DNA of 64,000 nucleotides from an uncultured Pseudomonadota bacterium (GTDB lineage Bacteria > Oederibacteriota > Muellerivitia > Muellerivitales > Muellerivitaceae). The notes beneath the pieces were generated by a model. That model had not been told where the DNA came from and did no database searches. It was given only the letters and a program-made list of their open reading frames with translations. Every line of letters starts with the position of its first letter. The first letter of the stretch is position 1. The stretch spans positions 356,504 through 420,503 of the forward strand of contig CAVYRH010000003.1 in the NCBI GenBank assembly GCA_963770835.1. Direction: 5' to 3'. The translations under genes were made by a program, and so were the position numbers. Below, piece by piece: positions 57,397 through 64,000 of this stretch.

Positions 57397-58020
57397 TTAC
57401 TTGAGGTCCTTCGAGGAAACAATTTTCAAGTTTTTATCCAGTTCGTAAACACGGGGTATGCCGGTGTCGAGGTTTAATTCCAAGACCTGTTCCTTGGTCA
57501 GGTTTTCCAGGTGCATGACGATGGAGCGCAGGGAATTGCCGTGGGCGGCCACGATGACGTTTTTTCCCTGTTTCAGGTAGGGGACGATGTGGGTGTCGTA
57601 ATAGGGAATGGTGCGGGCGGCGGTGTCCTTGAGGGATTCGGTAAAGCCGGTCTCGTCCTTGGGCGGCGGAACGTCGTAGCTGCGGCGCCAGATCTTAACC
57701 TGGTCGTCCCCGTATTTCTTGGCCGTTTCGGCCTTATTCAGGCCCTGGAGGGCGCCGTAATGGCGTTCGTTGAGGGCCTGGTCCATGTAGACGGGCAAGT
57801 CCTTGAACTTGGCCACCTGCATGATGAGCGCCAGGGTCCGCTGGGCCCGCTGGAGGTCGGAGGTAAAGGCCACGTCGAACTTATAACCCTTCAGCTTTTC
57901 ACCCGCCTGCCGGGCTTCCTTTTCTCCCAGTTCCGACAAGGGCACGTCGACCCATCCGGTGAATTTGTTTTCCAGGTTCCACTGGGACTGGCCGTGGCGG
58001 ACCAAGACGAGTATCGGCAT
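57397..58020 (-). CDS. gpmA: 2,3-BPG-dependent phosphoglycerate mutase
   Basis: RHGQS.WN..N.FTGW.D, LNERHYG.LQG, AHGNSLR. Confidence 0.96.
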   Translation of the reverse strand: MPILVLVRHGQSQWNLENKFTGWVDVPLSELGEKEARQAGEKLKGYKFDVAFTSDLQRAQRTLALIMQVAKFKDLPVYMDQALNERHYGALQGLNKAETAKKYGDDQVKIWRRSYDVPPPKDETGFTESLKDTAARTIPYYDTHIVPYLKQGKNVIVAAHGNSLRSIVMHLENLTKEQVLELNLDTGIPRVYELDKNLKIVSSKDLK

Positions 58021-58099
58021 GGGAAACCTCTTTTGAGCGGCGGATAAAAACGAAAGTGGATTTTAACCGCTGGATTCCCGTTTGAAAAGGGGAATGGTT

Positions 58100-58255
58100 G
58101 GTAGTGTATCAGTTTGAAAGAAAATGTTGCTCCACCCTCACCCCACCCTCTCCCCTCGAGGGAGAGGGGGAATATCTACCAAACCCTCGCCCCTTGCGGG
58201 AGAGGGCAGGGTGAGGGGTGTCTTGAAGTTGTTCAAGTCAAACTGAGACACCACC
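58100..58255. mobile_element. MITE-like element with 18-bp TIRs and palindromic core
   Basis: GGTAGTGTATCAGTTTGA ... TCAAACTGAGACACCACC. Confidence 0.7.
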
Positions 58256-58327
58256 GGAACGCGCCTTGATCGGACCGGGATCGTATAGCATACTTAATCC
58301 TTCTTTTATCCTTCCTGGGGTGGACCC

Positions 58328-59428
58328 ATGCCGTCCAAGGCCGAATTAAAATTTATGAGGCGCGCGCTTTTCCTCGCCGAGTCCCGCGGCCGCTACGCTG
58401 CCCCCAATCCCAAAGTGGGCGCGGTGCTGGTCAAGGCGGGCCGTATCGTCGGGGAAGGCGGCCATTCCCGCTATGGCGGCCCCCATGCGGAGATCATCGC
58501 CCTTCGCCAAGCGGGGAAAAACGCCAAGGGCGCGGCCCTTTACGTGACATTGGAGCCCTGCAGCCACCACGGCAAAACCCCGCCCTGCGCGGAGGCGGTC
58601 ATCCGGGCGGGAGTTCGTAAGGTGGTGGCGGCCATGAAGGACCCCTTTCCCTTGGTGCAAGGACGGGGGTTCCAAAAACTCCGCCAGGCGGGCATTACCG
58701 TTAAAACGGGTGTGCTAGAAAAAGAAGCCCGGCAAATGAACGAAGCCTTTCTTTTCGCGGTGACCCATTCGAGGCCCCGGGTTCTTTTGAAAGCCGCCAT
58801 CAGCCTCGACGGCAAGATCGCTACGGCCTCCGGGCGGTCCCGCTGGATCACGGGGGACGGGGCGCGACGGAAGGTCCATGAGTTGCGGGCCCAAGCCGAC
58901 GCCGTCCTGGTGGGGAGCAGAACCGCCTTGAAGGACAATCCTTCCTTAACTATCCGGCTTCCGGGTTACCATCGAAAAGATGGGTGGCCCTTGCGGGTGG
59001 TGTTGGATTCCCGGCTCCAAATAAGCCCTCGGGCCCGGCTTTTCCAAGGACAAGGCCCGACGCCGGTGGTTTTCACCTCTCCCGGAGCTTCCCGTGACAA
59101 GGAAAGAGCCTTGGTCCGGCGCGGCACGGCCGTTTTTCGGGTGCCTTTGCGGGGAAAGGTGTTATCGTTAAAGGCTGTTTTAAGGGTCCTTCATTCGCTT
59201 CAGGTGCGTTCCCTCTTGGTGGAGGGAGGCGGGGAAGTGCACGCTTCATTTTTAAGGGAAAAGCTGGCGGACGAGGTCGCGCTTTTCGTTTCCCCCAAGA
59301 TTTTGGGCGGGAAAGGCCCTTCCTGGGTGGGGGGCGAGGGAATTGAAAACCCCAACCAGGCTCCCTATTTAAAGGATGTCCACATCGAAAAATTGGGGCA
59401 GGATTTTTTGCTCCAGGGAAGATTTTGA
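58328..59428 (+). CDS. ribD: Riboflavin biosynthesis deaminase/reductase
   Basis: PNP.VG, HAE, TLEPC.H.G.TPPC, VEGG. Confidence 0.96.
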   Translation: MPSKAELKFMRRALFLAESRGRYAAPNPKVGAVLVKAGRIVGEGGHSRYGGPHAEIIALRQAGKNAKGAALYVTLEPCSHHGKTPPCAEAVIRAGVRKVVAAMKDPFPLVQGRGFQKLRQAGITVKTGVLEKEARQMNEAFLFAVTHSRPRVLLKAAISLDGKIATASGRSRWITGDGARRKVHELRAQADAVLVGSRTALKDNPSLTIRLPGYHRKDGWPLRVVLDSRLQISPRARLFQGQGPTPVVFTSPGASRDKERALVRRGTAVFRVPLRGKVLSLKAVLRVLHSLQVRSLLVEGGGEVHASFLREKLADEVALFVSPKILGGKGPSWVGGEGIENPNQAPYLKDVHIEKLGQDFLLQGRF

Positions 59429-59429
59429 A

Positions 59430-60041
59430 ATGTTTACCGGGTTGATCCAAGAAGTCGGGACTGTGGTCAAGGCGGAAAAGCAGGCCTCCGACCTGCGCCT
59501 TTCATTGGAAGCGCCCCGGCTGTCCCCGCAGTTAAAGACCGGGGATAGCCTGGCCGTGAACGGTTGTTGCCTGACGGCGGTGGAAGTAGGGCCGCCCTTG
59601 GTTTCGTTCCAGGCGGTCCCCGAAACCATTAAGCGCACCGTTTTGGGATTATTGAAAAAGGGCGACCCGGTCAATTTGGAACTTCCATTGACGCTCTCCG
59701 AGCCCCTGGGCGGCCATTTTGTCCAGGGTCACGTGGACGGCGTGGGCCAAATCCTGAAACTGGAACCGGAGGGAGAGGGCGCCCGGATGATGGTCCGCAT
59801 CCCCGAAGCCCTGACGCCTTACGTAGTGGAAAAGGGAAGCATCGCCCTGGATGGAATCAGCCTGACAGTGGCGGACATTCACGGGGATGAAGTGGAGGTC
59901 GCGCTGATCCCCCATACCCTCCAGAACACTTGTTTAAGGTCCAAGCGGGTGGACGACTATTTGCACGTGGAAGTGGACATGCTGGCCAAGTACGTTGAAA
60001 AACTGGCGGCAGGCTATCTTTCCCACGGGAAGGATTCATGA
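59430..60041 (+). CDS. ribE: Riboflavin synthase alpha subunit
   Basis: MFTG start, GCCLT, GGH.VQGHVD, KGSI..DGISLT. Confidence 0.95.
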   Translation: MFTGLIQEVGTVVKAEKQASDLRLSLEAPRLSPQLKTGDSLAVNGCCLTAVEVGPPLVSFQAVPETIKRTVLGLLKKGDPVNLELPLTLSEPLGGHFVQGHVDGVGQILKLEPEGEGARMMVRIPEALTPYVVEKGSIALDGISLTVADIHGDEVEVALIPHTLQNTCLRSKRVDDYLHVEVDMLAKYVEKLAAGYLSHGKDS

Positions 60042-60469
60042 AGGTCGAAAAAGTCGGCGACAGCGAATTCGAAAAACCCCAGCCCATCGCGCCCATGTTC
60101 GCGCCGGCCTTGAATGAGCGCATCCAAAGGGTTTCCGACCCCGCCTTGAAACTGGAATTGGCCGGCCTGATCGTGGAAATCGAGGAAAAAGGAAAGAAAC
60201 TTTTCGCCAGCAAGAGCCGCAAGGAATTCGAGGAGTACAAGGCCTCGGTGAAGAAATTCATGGATAAGATCGTGAACAGTTCCTTCCGGATGGAGGAAAA
60301 GCACGGACAGAAAAAGGACGGAAAATTCGTGGTCTACCTGATGATGCAAAAGGTCGACGGCCACTTGGAAAACCTCGCGCAACTGCTTTTGGCGGGCCAG
60401 CAGGACTCGATGAGAATCCTCGCCACCCTGGACGAGATCCGCGGGATGCTTTTGGACACTTATTCCTAA
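60038..60469 (+). CDS. YaaR/DUF327-family protein
   Basis: YK..VKKF, C-terminal DEIRG.LLD. Confidence 0.75.
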   Translation: MKVEKVGDSEFEKPQPIAPMFAPALNERIQRVSDPALKLELAGLIVEIEEKGKKLFASKSRKEFEEYKASVKKFMDKIVNSSFRMEEKHGQKKDGKFVVYLMMQKVDGHLENLAQLLLAGQQDSMRILATLDEIRGMLLDTYS

Positions 60470-60486
60470 ATGAGACGGGGTTTTGG

Positions 60487-61701
60487 ATGGAACTGAAAAG
60501 AGTCGAACAAGCGATCGAGGATATCCGCCAGGGAAAATTCGTCATCGTGGTGGACGACGAGCACCGCGAGAACGAAGGCGACCTGATCATGGCGGCCGAA
60601 AAAGTCACGCCCGAGGCCGTCAATTTCATGGCGAAGGAAGGCCGGGGTTTGATCTGCGCGCCCATGCTGGGGGAGGACCTGGAACGCCTGGACCTGGCTA
60701 TGATGGTGGCGGAACAGCAGGATAACTTCCGCACCGCCTTCGCCGTTTCGGTGGATGCCCAGGCCGGTGTGACCACCGGCATTTCCGCCCATGACCGGGC
60801 CAAGACCATTCAAATCCTGGCCGATCCGAAATCCAAACCCACCGACTTGGTCAGGCCCGGCCATGTGTTCCCCTTGCGGTACCGCAAAGGCGGTGTCCTT
60901 CGGCGCGCGGGCCACACCGAGGCAACGGTGGATCTGGCCCTTTTGGCCGGGTTGAAGCCCATGGGGATCCTTTGTGAAATCATGAAGGATGATGGAACGA
61001 TGGCCCGTCTGGAGGATTTAAAGATATTCTCCCAAAAGCACGGGTTGACCATGATCACGATCGCGGAACTGATCCGTTACAGGCGTCGGAAAGAGAAACT
61101 GGTCCGCCGGGTCCTGGAAGTCCTCCTTCCCACTGAAACCGGGGAATGGAACGTCGCGGTTTACCGGACCGAAACGGAGGATGACGACAGCTTGGCCTTG
61201 GTCAAGGGGGACCTGGCCGAAGGAGGGCCGGTTCTGGTGCGGGTCCATTCCGAGTGCCTGACCGGCGACGTCTTTGGTTCTTTCCGGTGCGATTGCGGGG
61301 AACAACTCCACGCGGCCATGGCCCGGATCGAGAAGGAGGGGCGGGGTGTCGTCCTTTACATGCGCCAGGAGGGGCGTGGGATCGGTCTATTCAACAAGCT
61401 CAAGGCTTACCAGTTGCAGGACCAGGGGATGGACACGGTGGAAGCCAATGAAAAACTCGGCTTCCCGGCGGACTTGAGGGATTACGGCATCGGCGCCCAG
61501 ATCCTGGTGGACCTGGGAGTCAAAGAAATCCGCCTTTTAACGAATAACCCCAAAAAAATCGTGGGTTTGGAAGGTTACGGATTAAACGTGGTGGAGCGGG
61601 TTCCTATAGAAATCGATTCAAACCCGATTAACGCCAGATACTTGGACACTAAGCGGCTAAAGATGGGACATTTTTTAAGCAAGAAAAAAGAACCAAAATA
61701 A
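60487..61701 (+). CDS. ribBA: Bifunctional DHBP synthase / GTP cyclohydrolase II
   Basis: [37 protein letters not shown]. Confidence 0.97.
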   Translation: MELKRVEQAIEDIRQGKFVIVVDDEHRENEGDLIMAAEKVTPEAVNFMAKEGRGLICAPMLGEDLERLDLAMMVAEQQDNFRTAFAVSVDAQAGVTTGISAHDRAKTIQILADPKSKPTDLVRPGHVFPLRYRKGGVLRRAGHTEATVDLALLAGLKPMGILCEIMKDDGTMARLEDLKIFSQKHGLTMITIAELIRYRRRKEKLVRRVLEVLLPTETGEWNVAVYRTETEDDDSLALVKGDLAEGGPVLVRVHSECLTGDVFGSFRCDCGEQLHAAMARIEKEGRGVVLYMRQEGRGIGLFNKLKAYQLQDQGMDTVEANEKLGFPADLRDYGIGAQILVDLGVKEIRLLTNNPKKIVGLEGYGLNVVERVPIEIDSNPINARYLDTKRLKMGHFLSKKKEPK

Positions 61702-61795
61702 CAAAGAGGCATTACAATACGGCGGCTTTGGGGATCGGAGGACCCAAGGGGTGCGCCGCGCCCGGGTTCAAAATGAATGATTTAGGCAGGTAAAA

Positions 61796-62267
61796 ATGGC
61801 GGCGAAAATTTACGAAGGAAAACCCGAAGGCTCCCGGTACCGAATCGCGGTAGTGGTCAGCCGGTTCAACGACTTGATCGGCCGGCGGCTGTTGAAAGGC
61901 GCGCTGGAGACCTTCAAGGAACGGGGCGTGGCGGAGGAAAACATCGAGGTGGCCTGGGTTCCCGGCGCCTGGGAGATTGCCGTGGGCGCGGCCAAGATGG
62001 CCCAGGACAGGACAATTCCACGGGATGGTCGCCTTGGGGGCTATCATCCGGGGGGAGACGACCCATCACGAAGGTATCGGGGCCGAAGTCGCGGCAGGTT
62101 TACGGGGGCTCTCGGAAAAGACGGCCTTGCCGATCTCTTTCGGCGTCCTGACCACTGAAAATCTGGACCAGGCATTGGCCCGGGCCGGGGAGAAAAGCGA
62201 TAATAAGGGGGCCGAGGCGGCCCTTCACCTGTTGGAGACCATGTCGGTGCTGGACCAAATCCGATAA
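61796..62267 (+). CDS. ribH: Lumazine synthase, apparent frameshift near 62010
   Basis: SRFN, VPGAWE in one frame; LGAIIRG.T.H, FGVLT, NKG.EAA in another. Confidence 0.9.
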
Positions 62268-62394
62268 AGGCAATTTTAAATTATGGCAGGTTTCCCCGTT
62301 GCGCAAACGGCGGCATTCGTAATTCAAAATTAGAATCTCCCATTCCGCGATATGACGGAACGGAATGAAAAACAGGATAGTGAAATGATAAAAA

Positions 62395-62796
62395 ATGGAC
62401 TTAAAAAGCCGGACCCGGGAACTGGCCCTTCAGATGCTTTTCCAGATGGAACTTGGAACGGTCCAACTGAAAGATTTGGAAGAAAATTTCCTTCCCAAGG
62501 CCAGCGCTCCCGAGGTGGCCAAGGTAATGTCCTTGCGAATGGTGAAAAATACCTGGGACCGCGTGGCGGATATTCACCGGCAACTGCGGAGATTCACCGA
62601 ACATTGGGATTTGAGCCGCATGGCCGGGGTGGACCGGAATGTCTTGAGGCTGGCCGCCTATGAGATTTTGTTCGACGCGGATATCCCAAAATCCGTGGCC
62701 ATCAATGAGGCGCTCGAAATCGTTAAAACGGTATAGTACCGATGACCCAGCCGATTCGTGAACGGCATCTTGGATAAGCTGAATAAGGCCAGCTGA
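62395..62796 (+). CDS. nusB: Transcription antitermination factor NusB, apparent frameshift(s) near 62730
   Basis: RE.ALQ.LF, DR..LRLA.YE, INEA.E; FVNGILD continues out of frame. Confidence 0.9.
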
Positions 62797-62886
62797 CGGT
62801 CGGCAGTCGAAAGCTCCCAGATGAGGTTTGAACTTGTTTTGACTTCTGCCGAAAGCCGACTGTCGGTTAATTTGGACGGAAAATAA

Positions 62887-63233
62887 ATGGAAATCGACAT
62901 TTCACCCGACATCCGGGCGTTCCTCGACGAGGTGGTGGATTCCTTCGCCATGTGGGATCTCCTGATTTTTTCTCGAAAAAACTGGAAGAAACGGAAACCC
63001 GGACCGAATGGCCAAGCTTTGGGCCGCAAACCGACGACATCCTGAAGCTCGCCAAAAAGTTGGATAAGCTAAAAATGGTTACCCTCGACAAACGGGTGGA
63101 TGGCGAAACCATCTGCCAATTCAACCGTGGATGGGCCCGTTTTCCAGCCTTGGAACGGTTTTGGTCTTTCAATGAAAGCCAGGAAAACCGGCTGAGTATC
63201 CTCAGCTACCTTCTCCCGAAAAAAATCCGCTAA
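62887..63233 (+). CDS. Hypothetical protein, apparently frameshifted
   Basis: MEIDISPDIRAFLDEVVDSFAMWDLLIF joins ORF 62952-63233. Confidence 0.4.
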
Positions 63234-63317
63234 AAGCGCCCATCGTCCGCCGATAACCGATGGGTATTTTCCCCCCCCGTGCTAAAATAACCCATCGTTC
63301 TCCACTCCTGGGGCCTC

Positions 63318-64000
63318 ATGCGATACGGTATTTTCTCGGATATTCACGGCAACCTCGAAGCCATGACGGTAGTGGCGAAGGCCATGAAGTCGGAAGGCGC
63401 GGAGGAGTACCTTTGCCTGGGGGATCTGGTGGGCTATTACTCGAATCCCAACGAAGTGGTCGAACTCATCGATTCCCTCAAGTGTTGGAAGCCGGTCATG
63501 GGAAACCATGATCGGCGCTGATAGGGAAAACGACCTTGTCCAAATTCAACCAACCCGCCGCGGATGCGGTCCAATGGACCAAGACCGGCTCAAACCCCAA
63601 AACAAGCGATTCCTTCAAAACCTCCGGTTAAGGGAGGAAATCGGGGAAATCCAGTTGGTCCATTCGTCCCCTTTCCAAAGCGAGGAGTGGCATTACCTCA
63701 CCAGCCGGAGGACATCGAGCGCAATTTCCGGTATTTCCAAGGGGTGATTTGTTTTTTCGGCCATGTCCATAAGCCCTTCATCGCGGAGCAAAAGATGGAC
63801 GGGTCGGATCGGTACCGGAGGAGCTGAATACAATTTCCAAACCGATTGCCGGTACCTGGTCAACGTGGGCAGCGTGGGCCAGCCCGGGACGGCAATCCCC
63901 GGACCTGCTATGTCATCTACGATTCCACCGCGAAGAAGCTTTCCATCCGCCGCCTCGACTACGATTTCGAGACAACCGCAAAAAAAACCCTCGAAGCAGG
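63318..64000 (+). CDS. Metallophosphoesterase (YfcE-like), multiple frameshifts, runs off window
   Basis: SDIHGN, LGD.VGY, GNHD, FGH.H, NVGSVGQP across frames. Confidence 0.85.

Noticed and set aside
58256..58327. FMN riboswitch upstream of ribD
   Set aside because: No RFN consensus motifs visible; space is occupied by a MITE.
61796..64000. Pseudogenisation or programmed frameshifting of ribH, nusB and downstream genes
   Set aside because: Indels cluster in consecutive conserved genes at the window end, more consistent with sequencing/assembly error; needs read check.

Overview
Bacterial chromosomal window. Housekeeping and envelope genes lie at both ends: 1-26.5 kb (oxidoreductase, UDG, pepA, ECF sigma locus, ychF, DUF1800/DUF1501, serC, glycosyltransferases) and 56.4-64 kb (M15 peptidase, gpmA, rib operon, nusB). 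Between them is a ~30 kb accessory island (~26.57-56.4 kb). Its left half (26798-44402) is the most unusual feature: nine copies of a 37-bp hairpin-forming repeat (CCTGCACATGCCTGTCGCAAAAAGGATAGTGTGCAAC; eight direct, one inverted, two sequence variants differing by a compensatory base pair) separate eight unrelated DNA segments of 109-7805 bp. Many segments are cut mid-gene exactly at the repeat: toxin tips with immunity-like genes, IS fragments, a complete nitric-oxide detoxification regulon, surface-protein pieces. The first repeat is abutted by a ~220-bp array of TACC motifs spaced ~10.6 bp apart. No cas gene, integron integrase or other recombinase is recognisable in the window. I infer a possibly undescribed DNA-capture array with kilobase 'spacers'; the mechanism cannot be determined from sequence alone. 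The right half (44.4-55.5 kb) is a mosaic of repeated leading-region-like modules (three SpoVG-like genes, ArdC, RadC, four TA pairs, long structured upstream repeats). Frameshifts cluster in the last 2 kb and are probably sequence errors. All product calls are from motif recognition by eye, not database searches.
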